From Frateuria sp. (lineage in GTDB: Bacteria > Pseudomonadota > Gammaproteobacteria > Xanthomonadales > Rhodanobacteraceae), in NCBI RefSeq assembly GCF_013362045.1, contig NZ_JABFWW010000018.1, forward strand, positions 1 to 50,697: 50,697 nucleotides of DNA, in the 5' to 3' direction. Position 1 is the stretch's first letter; every line of letters starts with the position of its first letter. Of this stretch, positions 16,508 to 25,002 are shown one piece after another. The notes under the pieces are model-generated. The model was given only the letters and a program-made list of their open reading frames with translations. It did not search any database and was not told where the DNA came from. The position numbers and the translations under genes are program-made.

Positions 16508-19500
16508 CGACCGCAAGAGACACCACCGGGAAGGGCGCGGTCATGCCGCTGGCGCCGCCGCGCGTGCGCCATTCCCGCAGCGACCGCTTCGCCTTCTCCA
16601 GCGCCGCCGCCACCGTGCTCGCGCAGGACCTGGCCGCACACCTGGAGGGCGAGGTCTGCTTCGACGAGGGCAGCCGCGCGCTTTACGCCACCGATGGCTC
16701 GATCTACCGGCAGGTGCCGATCGGCGTGGTCAAGCCGCGCCATGCAAGGGACGTGACGGAGACCCTGCGCATCTGCCGCGAGCACGACGCGCCGGTGCTC
16801 TCGCGCGGCGGCGGCACCAGCCTCGCCGGGCAGTGCTGCAACACCGCGGTGGTGATGGACTTCTCCTTCCACCTGAACCAGATCGTCGCGATCGACGTTC
16901 CCAACCGCCGCGCGCGCATCGAACCCGGCTGCGTGCTGGACGACCTGCGCGACGCGGCGGAGCAGCACCACCTCACCTTCGGCCCCGACCCCTCCACCCA
17001 CGCGCACAACACGCTGGGCGGCATGATCGGCAACAACTCCTGCGGCGTGCACTCGGTGATGGCCGGGCGCACCGCCGACAACGTGCACGCGCTGGACATC
17101 GTCACCTACGACGGCCTGCGCATGCATGTCGGCCCCACCGGCGAGGAGGAGCTGGAGGCGATCATCCGCGAGGGCGGCCGCCGCGGCGAGATCTACGCGG
17201 GACTGAAGTCCATCCGCGACCGCTACGCCGACCTGATCCGCGCGCGCTACCCGAAGATCCCGCGCCGCGTGTCCGGCTACAACCTCGACGAACTGCTGCC
17301 CGAGAACGGCTTCAACGTGGCGCGCGCGCTGGTCGGCACCGAAGGCACCTGCGTGACCATCCTGGAGGCCGAGGTGCGCCTGGTGCCCAGCCCGCCGGTG
17401 CGCTCGCTGCTGGTGCTGGGCTACCCGGACGTGTTCGAGGCCGGCGACCACGTGCCGCAGATCCTCTCCTTCGGCCCGGTCGGCCTGGAAGGCATCGACG
17501 ACGTGCTGATCGCCGACATGAAGCGCAAGCACATGCATCCGAAGGATCGCGCCCTGCTGCCGCCGGGGGGCGGCTGGCTGATGGTCGAGTTCGGCGGCGA
17601 CAGCAAGCAGGAGGCCGACGGCAAGGCGCGCAAGCTGATGCAGGCGCTGAAACAGGGCGACCGCCCGCCGAGCATGAAGCTGTTCGACGACAAGGCCGAG
17701 GAAGGCATGTTGTGGACCATCCGCGAATCCGGCCTCGGGGCGACCGCCCGCGTGCCGGGCCAGCCGGACGGCCATCCCGGCTGGGAGGATGCCGCCGTGC
17801 CGCCGGACAAGGTCGGGCCGTACCTGCGCGACTTCCGCAAGCTGCTTGCCAAGTACGCCTACACCTGCGCGCTGTACGGCCATTTCGGCGACGGCTGCAT
17901 CCACTGCCGCATCGACTTCGACCTTTCCACGGCCGAGGCGGTGGCGCAATGGCGTGCATTCATGGACGAGGCGTCCGACCTGGTGCTGTCCTACGGCGGC
18001 TCGCTCTCCGGCGAGCACGGCGACGGCCAGGTGCGCGCCTCCCTGCTGCCCAAGATGTTCGGCGACGAACTGGTCCAGGCCTTCGCCGAGTTCAAGGCGC
18101 TGTGGGACCCGCGCGGACGCATGAACCCCGGCAAGGTGGTCGATCCGAATCCGATGGACGCGGATCTTCGCGACGGTCCCGGCTACCAGCCGCCCAAGCT
18201 GAGGACCGCGTTCGCCTATCCGGCCGACGGCATGAGCTTCGCCCAGGCCGCGCGCCGCTGCGTGGGCGTAGGCAACTGCCGCAACAAGCATCATCTCGTG
18301 ATGTGCCCGAGCTACCGCGCCACCCGCGAGGAAAAATGGAGCACGCGCGGGCGTGCGCACCTGCTGTTCGAGATGCTCGAGGGCGATCCGCTGAAGGGCG
18401 GCTGGCGCAGCGAGCCGGTGCGCGATGCGCTGGACATGTGCCTGGCCTGCAAGGGTTGCAGGAGCGATTGCCCGGTCAACGTGGACATGGCCACCTACAA
18501 AGCCGAGTTCATGCACCACCACTACAAGGGCCGCCTGCGCCCGCGCGCGGCCTACTCGATGGGGCGCATCTTCGACGTGGCGCGCATGGCCTCGCACGCA
18601 CCGTGGCTGGCCAATGCGATCCTGCAGACACCGGGCCTGTCGCACCTGGCCAAGGCGATCGGCGGCATCGCTCAACAGCGCGCGATGCCGCGCTTCGCCG
18701 GCGAGACCTTCCGCGACTGGTTCCATGCCCGCGAAAACCAGCTTTCTCTCTCCCGGACACGCCCGGGGGAGAACGCCGCCCTGAGTTCGTCGAAGGAGGC
18801 TGGGGAGAGGGGTAGGCCTTTCCCCAACGCCCCCGAAGTCCTGCTCTGGCCCGATACCTTCAACAACTACCTGCATCCGGCTCCGCTCAAGGACGCCGTC
18901 GGCGTGCTGGAGGCGGCCGGCTACCGCGTGCAGGTACCCGAGGCCGCGCTGTGCTGCGGCCGTCCGCTGTACGCCGAGGGCATGCTGGCCAGGGCGCGGG
19001 TGCAGCTCACCGGGGTCATGGATGCGCTCTCACCGTACATCGACCGCAACGTGCCGGTGGTGGGGCTGGAGCCGTCCTGCGTCGCGGCTTTCCGCGACGA
19101 GCTGCCCAACCTCTTCCCCGGCGATGAGCGCGCGCACTGGCTCTCGCGCAACACCTATCTCTTCAGCGAGTACCTGGATCGCGTCGGCTACGCGCCGCCG
19201 CAGTTGAAGCGCAAGGCGCTGGTGCACGCGCACTGCCACCACCACGCGGTGATCGGCACCGATGCGGAGAGGCGCCTGCTGGCCAAGGCCGGCCTGGACT
19301 TCCAGCTCCTCGACGCCGGCTGCTGCGGCATGGCCGGTTCGTTCGGCTTCGACGCGAAGAAGGTGCACGTCTCCATCGCCATCGGCGAGCTGGCATTGCT
19401 GCCGGCGATTCGCGCGGCCGATGTCGACACGCTGATCATCACCAACGGCTTCAGCTGCCGCCAGCAGATCGAGCAATGTACCGGGCGCGTCGCGCTGGTC

Positions 19501-19629
19501 GTGTCGCAGGTACTGGCGCTGGCGCTGGCGCAAGGCCCATCCAACCTCGACGCCATACCCAACAAAGCCGGGTCCCTCTCGCACCGGGAGAGGGGCAGGG
19601 GAGAAGGGGTGACCGGAGCGCAGCTCTGA
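16504..19629 (+). CDS. FAD-linked and 4Fe-4S-binding oxidoreductase (YdiJ / GlcD-GlcF fusion type)
   Basis: RGGGTSLAGQ, GGMIGNNSCG, GTEGT, GHFGDGCIH, SGEHGDG, CVGVGNC, CLACKGCRSDCP and CCG motifs; ATGA overlap. Confidence 0.92.
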   Translation: MTTARDTTGKGAVMPLAPPRVRHSRSDRFAFSSAAATVLAQDLAAHLEGEVCFDEGSRALYATDGSIYRQVPIGVVKPRHARDVTETLRICREHDAPVLSRGGGTSLAGQCCNTAVVMDFSFHLNQIVAIDVPNRRARIEPGCVLDDLRDAAEQHHLTFGPDPSTHAHNTLGGMIGNNSCGVHSVMAGRTADNVHALDIVTYDGLRMHVGPTGEEELEAIIREGGRRGEIYAGLKSIRDRYADLIRARYPKIPRRVSGYNLDELLPENGFNVARALVGTEGTCVTILEAEVRLVPSPPVRSLLVLGYPDVFEAGDHVPQILSFGPVGLEGIDDVLIADMKRKHMHPKDRALLPPGGGWLMVEFGGDSKQEADGKARKLMQALKQGDRPPSMKLFDDKAEEGMLWTIRESGLGATARVPGQPDGHPGWEDAAVPPDKVGPYLRDFRKLLAKYAYTCALYGHFGDGCIHCRIDFDLSTAEAVAQWRAFMDEASDLVLSYGGSLSGEHGDGQVRASLLPKMFGDELVQAFAEFKALWDPRGRMNPGKVVDPNPMDADLRDGPGYQPPKLRTAFAYPADGMSFAQAARRCVGVGNCRNKHHLVMCPSYRATREEKWSTRGRAHLLFEMLEGDPLKGGWRSEPVRDALDMCLACKGCRSDCPVNVDMATYKAEFMHHHYKGRLRPRAAYSMGRIFDVARMASHAPWLANAILQTPGLSHLAKAIGGIAQQRAMPRFAGETFRDWFHARENQLSLSRTRPGENAALSSSKEAGERGRPFPNAPEVLLWPDTFNNYLHPAPLKDAVGVLEAAGYRVQVPEAALCCGRPLYAEGMLARARVQLTGVMDALSPYIDRNVPVVGLEPSCVAAFRDELPNLFPGDERAHWLSRNTYLFSEYLDRVGYAPPQLKRKALVHAHCHHHAVIGTDAERRLLAKAGLDFQLLDAGCCGMAGSFGFDAKKVHVSIAIGELALLPAIRAADVDTLIITNGFSCRQQIEQCTGRVALVVSQVLALALAQGPSNLDAIPNKAGSLSHRERGRGEGVTGAQL
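18742..18821 (+). repeat. Palindromic repeat inserted in frame within the oxidoreductase CDS
   Basis: Near-identical to the intergenic copy at 20519-20594. Confidence 0.85.
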
Positions 19630-19667
19630 GGCCTTATCCCCCAACGCCTCTCCTGACGGGAGAGGGA
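19574..19667. repeat. Inverted pair of CCCTCTCCC-N-GGGAGAGGG palindromes straddling the oxidoreductase stop
   Basis: CCCTCTCGCACCGGGAGAGGGG...GAGAAGGGG then CCTTATCCCCC...CCTCTCCTGACGGGAGAGGG. Confidence 0.7.
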
Positions 19668-19688
19668 CCCAAGCAGGAACGTCACGCC

Positions 19689-20135
19689 ATGCGCCACCAA
19701 CTGATCCACCAGGACGAGAACAAGACGTGGGCCGTCGTGCTCGAAACCGGTGACGAGGCCGGCGCCTGCCTGCTCGAGTTCGCCAGGGCGCAACAGCTCT
19801 CCGCCGCGCACTTCACCGCCATCGGCGCCTTCCAGCGCGCGGTGCTCGCTTACTTCGACTGGGACACGAAGGATTACGAACGGATCGAGGTAGGCCAGCA
19901 GGTCGAGGTGGTCTCGCTGATCGGCGACGTCGCACTCAAGGGCGACCTGCCCAGCCTGCACATGCACGCGGTGCTCGGCCAGCGCGATGGCAACGCGCTC
20001 GGCGGCCACCTGCTCGAAGGCCATGTGCGCCCCACGCTGGAGGTGATCGTCACCGAGGCCCCCGCGCACCTGCGCCGCCGCCACGACCCGGTTTCGGGCC
20101 TGGCCCTGATCCGTCCCGACAAGGAGCTGCCATGA
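19689..20135 (+). CDS. PPC/DUF296 domain protein
   Basis: LETGDE, FTAIGAF, EVVSLIGDV, LHMHAVLG, GGHL motifs. Confidence 0.88.
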   Translation: MRHQLIHQDENKTWAVVLETGDEAGACLLEFARAQQLSAAHFTAIGAFQRAVLAYFDWDTKDYERIEVGQQVEVVSLIGDVALKGDLPSLHMHAVLGQRDGNALGGHLLEGHVRPTLEVIVTEAPAHLRRRHDPVSGLALIRPDKELP

Positions 20136-20515
20136 ACGCACCCGCACCGATTGGCGAACGCCGCTGGGCGATTGCCGAGGGCTACATCCCGCCCGGCGGC
20201 ACCCATGCCGACGATCCGCGCTTCGAGAGCCACGAGACCGCCTGCCTGCTCAACGCCAATGACCGCGATGCGCAGGTGACCCTCACCATCTACTTCAAGG
20301 ACCGCGAGCCGGCCGGTCCCTACCGCGTGACGGTGCCAGCGCGGCGCACGCTGCACCTGCGCTTCAACGACCTCGAGGAACCCGAGCCGATCCCGCGCGA
20401 CACCGACTACTCCAGCGTGATCGAGTCGGACGTACCCATCGTGGTGCAGCACACCCGCCTGGATTCGCGCCAGGCCGCGCTCGCCCTGCTTTCCACCATC
20501 GCCTACGGCGCCTGA
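20132..20515 (+). CDS. Anabaena sensory rhodopsin transducer (ASRT/DUF1362) family protein
   Basis: WAIAEGYIP, SHETACLLN, VPARRTLHLRFNDL, SDVPIVVQHTRLD; AAGGAG RBS and ATGA overlap. Confidence 0.85.
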   Translation: MNAPAPIGERRWAIAEGYIPPGGTHADDPRFESHETACLLNANDRDAQVTLTIYFKDREPAGPYRVTVPARRTLHLRFNDLEEPEPIPRDTDYSSVIESDVPIVVQHTRLDSRQAALALLSTIAYGA

Positions 20516-20518
20516 GGA

Positions 20519-20594
20519 CTCCCTCTCTCCCGGCATCGCCGGGGAGAGCGCCGCCCTGAGCTCGTCGAAGGGGCGGGGGAGAGGGGAGGCCTTT
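20519..20594 (+). repeat. Palindromic repeat (intergenic sibling of 18742-18821)
   Basis: CTCTCTCCCGG-N-CCGGGGAGAG hairpin + GCCCTGAGCTCGTCGAAGG + GGGGAGAGGGGAGGCCTTT. Confidence 0.85.
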
Positions 20595-20618
20595 CGCTTT
20601 TGTTTTCAAGGAACGACC

Positions 20619-21635
20619 ATGAAGAAGAAACCCGAAGTCGTCGTCATCACGGGCGCCTCCGCCGGCGTCGGCCGCGCCACCGCCCACCGCTTCGCCCGCG
20701 ACGGCGCGCGCATCGCCCTGCTGGCGCGCGGCAGCGACGGGCTGGATGTGGCGGCCGAGGAAGTGCGCAAGCTCGGCGGCGAGGCGCTGGCCATTGCGGT
20801 CGACGTGGCCGATGCCGATGCGGTCGAGGCGGCCGCCGAACGAATCGAGCAGGAGCTCGGCCCGATCGACATCTGGATCAACGATGCCATGGCAACCATC
20901 TTCGCGCCGGTGCACGAGATCAGCGCCGCCGAATTCCGCCGCGCGACGGAGGTGACCTACCTGGGCACCGTGCACGGCACCATGGCGGCGCTCAAGCGCA
21001 TGCGCGCGCGCGATCGGGGCACCATCGTGCAGGTCGGCTCGGCGCTGGCCTACCGGGCGATCCCGCTGCAGGCGCCGTACTGCGGCGCGAAGTTCGCCAT
21101 CCGCGGCTTCACCGATGCGCTGCGGGTGGAGCTGATGCACGAGAAGAGCCGCATCCACGTCACCATGGTGCAGCTGTCGGCCTTCAACACGCCGCAGTTC
21201 CAGTGGGGCCGCACCAAGCTGCCGCGCCGGCCGCAGCCGGTGCCGCCGGTTTTCCAGCCCGAGGTGGCGGCCAGGGGCATCCACTGGGCCGCGCACCATC
21301 GCCGGCGCGAGCTGCGGGTGGGCTTCCCGGCGGTCAAGGCGATCGTGGGCAACAAGCTGTTCCCGCGCCTGGCCGACCGCGATCTGGCCAAGCTCGGCTA
21401 CGAGGGCCAGATGGGCGGGCAGCCGGTGCCGGAGGACCGGCCCGACAACCTGTTCGAACCGGTGATCGCCGACTATGGCACGCACGGGCGTTTCGACGCG
21501 CGTTCCAGGGCCTACAGCCTGCAGCTGTGGGCCACCACGCATCGCAGCCTGGTGCTCGCCGGCGCGCTGGCGGCCGGAGCGTTGCTGTGGGCCGCGAGCC
21601 GCGGAACAAGGACGGCCGCGCGTCGGCTCGGCTAG
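20619..21635 (+). CDS. SDR oxidoreductase with C-terminal hydrophobic tail
   Basis: AAGGA RBS; TGASAGVG, YCGAK, QPVPPVFQPE, DNLFEP. Confidence 0.9.
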   Translation: MKKKPEVVVITGASAGVGRATAHRFARDGARIALLARGSDGLDVAAEEVRKLGGEALAIAVDVADADAVEAAAERIEQELGPIDIWINDAMATIFAPVHEISAAEFRRATEVTYLGTVHGTMAALKRMRARDRGTIVQVGSALAYRAIPLQAPYCGAKFAIRGFTDALRVELMHEKSRIHVTMVQLSAFNTPQFQWGRTKLPRRPQPVPPVFQPEVAARGIHWAAHHRRRELRVGFPAVKAIVGNKLFPRLADRDLAKLGYEGQMGGQPVPEDRPDNLFEPVIADYGTHGRFDARSRAYSLQLWATTHRSLVLAGALAAGALLWAASRGTRTAARRLG

Positions 21636-21642
21636 CGAATGG

Positions 21643-21767
21643 CTCCCTCTTCCCGGCCACGCCCGGGGAGAGGGAGAGGCCGTTGCTCTGTTTTCGTCGT
21701 GGACGAAAACCCTTCCCATCCCTCCGAACCCTTTCTCCCCCGGGGTTACGCCCGGCGGAGAGGGAAG
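21643..21767. repeat. Pair of palindromic repeats with a central perfect hairpin; likely bidirectional terminator region
   Basis: CCCTCTTCCCGG...CCGGGGAGAGGG; GTTTTCGTC-GTG-GACGAAAAC at 21690-21710; CCCTTTCTCC...GGAGAGGG; lies between convergent genes. Confidence 0.7.
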
Positions 21768-21773
21768 TGAAGC

Positions 21774-22697
21774 TCAGTAGCGCGGCACGTTGGGATCAAC
21801 CTCGCGCGCCCACGCGTCCATGCCGCCCTCGACATTGAACACCTGGGTGAATCCGTGCGCCGCGAAGCGCTCGGCCATGCCGCGGCTGGAGTTGCCGTGG
21901 TGGCAGATGAAGGCGATCGCGGTGTCCTTGGGCAGCGCCGCGAGCGCGTCGTAGCCTTCCTCCTCCAGCACGCGCGCCAGCGGCAGCGGCGCAGCCTGGG
22001 CGCGACCCGTGGCCGGTCGCACGTCGACCAGCACCACGCTGCCGCCCGCCAGGCGGGTCTTCAGTTCCTGCACGCTGAGCGAACCGATCTCCTGCGCGCC
22101 GGGGAACTTCAGGCTCAGCCCCTCGCCCTGCACGGTGGACACCCAGTCGATCACGATGCCCTTGGCGCGCTGTGCGCTGCCCGGGTCGAAGTGCACCTCG
22201 ATGCCGTTGGCCACCACCACGATGTCGTGATCGCCGGCCGGCGCGAGCTGGAAGCCCGCGCTGTGGTCGGGGCCGATCTCCAGGTGCAGCGCCAGGCCCT
22301 GCGCGTTGGCGATGCCGTTGCGGATGGCTTCCGCCGCCTTGTCGGTAATCGTGATTTCCGGCGGCGTGCGGTCCGGCGCGGCAGCGCCGAACAGCGTATG
22401 CAGCTCGCCGCTGGCGTACATCTGCCGGATGATGTCGGCGCCGCCGACGAGCTCGCCCTCGACATAGAGCTGCGGGATCGTCGGCCAGTCGCCGTAGACC
22501 TTGATGCCCTCGCGAATCTCCGGATCCTCCAGCACGTTCACCGTGTGGTACTCGGGCAACAGCTCGTTGAGCGTGTTGGTGGCCGCGGCGGAGAAGCCGC
22601 ACATCGGCTGGCGGCGGTCGCCCTTCATGAACAGCACCACGCGGTGGTCCTTGAGCAGGGTTTCGATGCGTTCGCGGGTGGCGGGGTCGAGGGACAT
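21774..22697 (-). CDS. grxD: Monothiol glutaredoxin (Grx4) fused to HesB-like and rhodanese domains
   Basis: VVLFMKG, CGFS, WPTIPQLY, GGAD; ITITDKAAEAI HesB-like start; rhodanese CHHGNSS and GGMDAW. Confidence 0.88.
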   Translation of the reverse strand: MSLDPATRERIETLLKDHRVVLFMKGDRRQPMCGFSAAATNTLNELLPEYHTVNVLEDPEIREGIKVYGDWPTIPQLYVEGELVGGADIIRQMYASGELHTLFGAAAPDRTPPEITITDKAAEAIRNGIANAQGLALHLEIGPDHSAGFQLAPAGDHDIVVVANGIEVHFDPGSAQRAKGIVIDWVSTVQGEGLSLKFPGAQEIGSLSVQELKTRLAGGSVVLVDVRPATGRAQAAPLPLARVLEEEGYDALAALPKDTAIAFICHHGNSSRGMAERFAAHGFTQVFNVEGGMDAWAREVDPNVPRY

Positions 22698-22771
22698 GGG
22701 AAAGCTCCGGCAAAGAGGGCCAATGATACGCCCCGCAGGTGGGGGCGTTGGCGGCCATCCCAACCGGCGCG

Positions 22772-23371
22772 CTATTTCACCGCAGCGGCCGCTGCCGGCA
22801 GGATGGCCTCGGTCCACAGCGCGTACTGCGCCGCGGACGGGTGCAGCCCGTCCTCGGCCAGCAGCTCCGGATGGCGGCGCGAAACCGGCGTGATGTCCAC
22901 CCAGCGCGCGCCGCCGCGGCCGGCCTCGTCGCGGGCGATGGCGTTGTAGACGTCCAGCGCGTGGGCGATGCACGCACCGTCGCGGCCCTGCTCGCGGGCG
23001 AAGCGGGTGACGCCCCAGTCGGGGATCGACACCACGACCACGTGCGATGCGCGGCCGCCGGCCAGGCCGATGGCGCGTCGGAGCAAGCGCGCGAACTGGT
23101 CGCGGTACTCGCCGGCGCCGCGGCCGCGGTATTGATTGTTGACGCCGATCAGCAAGGTGACCAGGCCGTAGGGCGGCGAGAGCGCGGCCGCGCCCATGCC
23201 GGCGGAGAGCTCGTCGGTGGTCCAGCCGGTGACGGCGACGATCTGCGCGTCGTCGATCGCCACGCCACGCGCGCGCAGCCGTCGCACTAGCTGCGCAGGC
23301 CAGCGGCCGGCGGCGGGCACCGCTTCGCCGATGGTGTAGGAATCGCCCAGGGCGAGGTAGGGGATGGGCAT
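22772..23371 (-). CDS. SGNH/GDSL hydrolase
   Basis: LGDSYT, GWTT, IGVNN, DGLHP blocks. Confidence 0.9.
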   Translation of the reverse strand: MPIPYLALGDSYTIGEAVPAAGRWPAQLVRRLRARGVAIDDAQIVAVTGWTTDELSAGMGAAALSPPYGLVTLLIGVNNQYRGRGAGEYRDQFARLLRRAIGLAGGRASHVVVVSIPDWGVTRFAREQGRDGACIAHALDVYNAIARDEAGRGGARWVDITPVSRRHPELLAEDGLHPSAAQYALWTEAILPAAAAAVK

Positions 23372-23395
23372 GACGGGTTTCGTCCGATGGTGGAT

Positions 23396-23613
23396 GTCCT
23401 TCGACTCCGGCGCTGCGGGCCTACGCGCAGGACGAACGGCTGCGGGGAACGTTCGCGCTGAGCATAGCCTGCAGGGCGAAGTCGAAGCGCTGCCTCGGTC
23501 CCCACGCCCGGACCCCTTTCCTGCGGAAGAGCGCCGGCAGGCGGGTGAGGGTCCGCGCGGAGCGTGGCGCCTTGGCGATGTCGAACCCTCTCCCGAGGGG
23601 AGAGGGGCTTCAA
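23396..23613 (-). repeat. Composite ~220-bp palindromic element, reverse-complement relative of 34840-35070
   Basis: CTTCGACT...GTCGAAG module plus CCCTCTCCC/GGGAGAGGG module. Confidence 0.8.
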
Positions 23614-23615
23614 CA

Positions 23616-24860
23616 TCAGGCGACGGCAGGCGTGCGTGCCTGCTCGGCCGCCATCCGCCCCAGCACCCGTTCGATCCGCACGAACACTTCGGCCAGCTGC
23701 GCCGGCGGCGGCAGCAGGGTCAGGCGCAGGTGACGGCTGTGCGGCACGTTGAAGCTGGAGCCGGGCACCACCAGCACCGCCTCCTCTTCGAGCAGGCGCA
23801 GGGCGAAGCAGTTGTCGTCGAACTGCGGCAGGCGCTCGGCACGCACTTGCGGGAAGGCGTACAGCGCGCCGGCGGGAGCGACCAGGTCGAGATAGCTGCT
23901 TGCCGCCACGCCGTCGAGCACCGCGCGGCGCGCCTCGTGCAGGCGCCCGCCCGGGGCGGTGAGCGCGGCGATGGTGGGCCGTCCGGTCAATGCCGGCACC
24001 ACCGCCCACTGCGCCGTGACGTTGGCGCACAGGCGCAGCGCCGCCAGCAGTTGCAGCGCGTCGCGGTAGGCGGCCGTGCGTGCCGGGTCGCCGGAGAGGC
24101 TCAGCCAGCCGACGCGATAGCCGCAGGCGCGATGCACCTTGGACAGCCCGCCGAAGCTGATGCACGGATGCGCACCGGCGACCTCGGCCAACGGCTGGAA
24201 GGGCGCGCCGTCGTAGAGGATCTCGTCGTAGATCTCGTCGGCGAGCAGCAGCAGGCCATGGCGCGCAGCGATCGACACCAGTCGTTCGAGCAGTGCGCGC
24301 GGGTACACCGCACCGGTCGGGTTGTTCGGGTTGATCAGCACCAGCGCCCGGGTGCGGGGCGTCACCAGTGCCTCGATCTCGTCCGGATCGGGCAGGTGGT
24401 CGTTCTGCGCCAGGCACCGGTAGTAGCGGGGGCGGCCGCCGTTCAAGAGGGTGGCGGCGCTCCACAGCGGATAGTCGGGGCTGGGCAGCAGCACCTCGTC
24501 GCCCGGCTGCAGCAGCGCGCGCAGGCTGAGGTCGATCAGCTCGCTGACCCCGTTGCCGACCACGATGCGCTCGACCGCCACGTCCTGCGCGCCACGGGCG
24601 CGCTGTTGCGCGGCGATGGCTGCGCGCGCCTCTTCCAGGCCCTGCTCGTGGCCGTAGGCCTCGCTGTCGGTGAGGTGCGCGGCGATCGCCTCGCGCAGGT
24701 GCGCCGGCGCATCGAAGCCGTAGCGGCCCGGGTTGCCGATGTTGAGCTTGATGATCTCGTGCCCGGCCGCCTCCAGTTCGCGCGCGCGGCGGGTGAGGGC
24801 GCCGCGGATCTCGTAGCGCACATCGGCCAGGTGTGCGCTGGGAAAGATGGAAACCGGCAC
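23616..24860 (-). CDS. alaA: PLP-dependent class I/II aminotransferase, AlaA (YfbQ) type
   Basis: VRYEIRG, KLNIGNP, GNGVSELI, PDYPLW, INPNNPTG, DEIYD, GLSK, GYRVGW; GTG start with GAGG RBS. Confidence 0.85.
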   Translation of the reverse strand: MPVSIFPSAHLADVRYEIRGALTRRARELEAAGHEIIKLNIGNPGRYGFDAPAHLREAIAAHLTDSEAYGHEQGLEEARAAIAAQQRARGAQDVAVERIVVGNGVSELIDLSLRALLQPGDEVLLPSPDYPLWSAATLLNGGRPRYYRCLAQNDHLPDPDEIEALVTPRTRALVLINPNNPTGAVYPRALLERLVSIAARHGLLLLADEIYDEILYDGAPFQPLAEVAGAHPCISFGGLSKVHRACGYRVGWLSLSGDPARTAAYRDALQLLAALRLCANVTAQWAVVPALTGRPTIAALTAPGGRLHEARRAVLDGVAASSYLDLVAPAGALYAFPQVRAERLPQFDDNCFALRLLEEEAVLVVPGSSFNVPHSRHLRLTLLPPPAQLAEVFVRIERVLGRMAAEQARTPAVA

Positions 24861-25002
24861 GGACGTCCTCGCAGGGCAGGTGAAAGCACCGATGCTAGCA
24901 GCGCCCGGCGCTGCGCGGCTTCGCCGGTGGCCGCCGGGGCTGAACGGACTGCACGGATCGAGCGCACGGGCGCGCCGCGGGAAACGGGCATAATCGGCCG
25001 CC

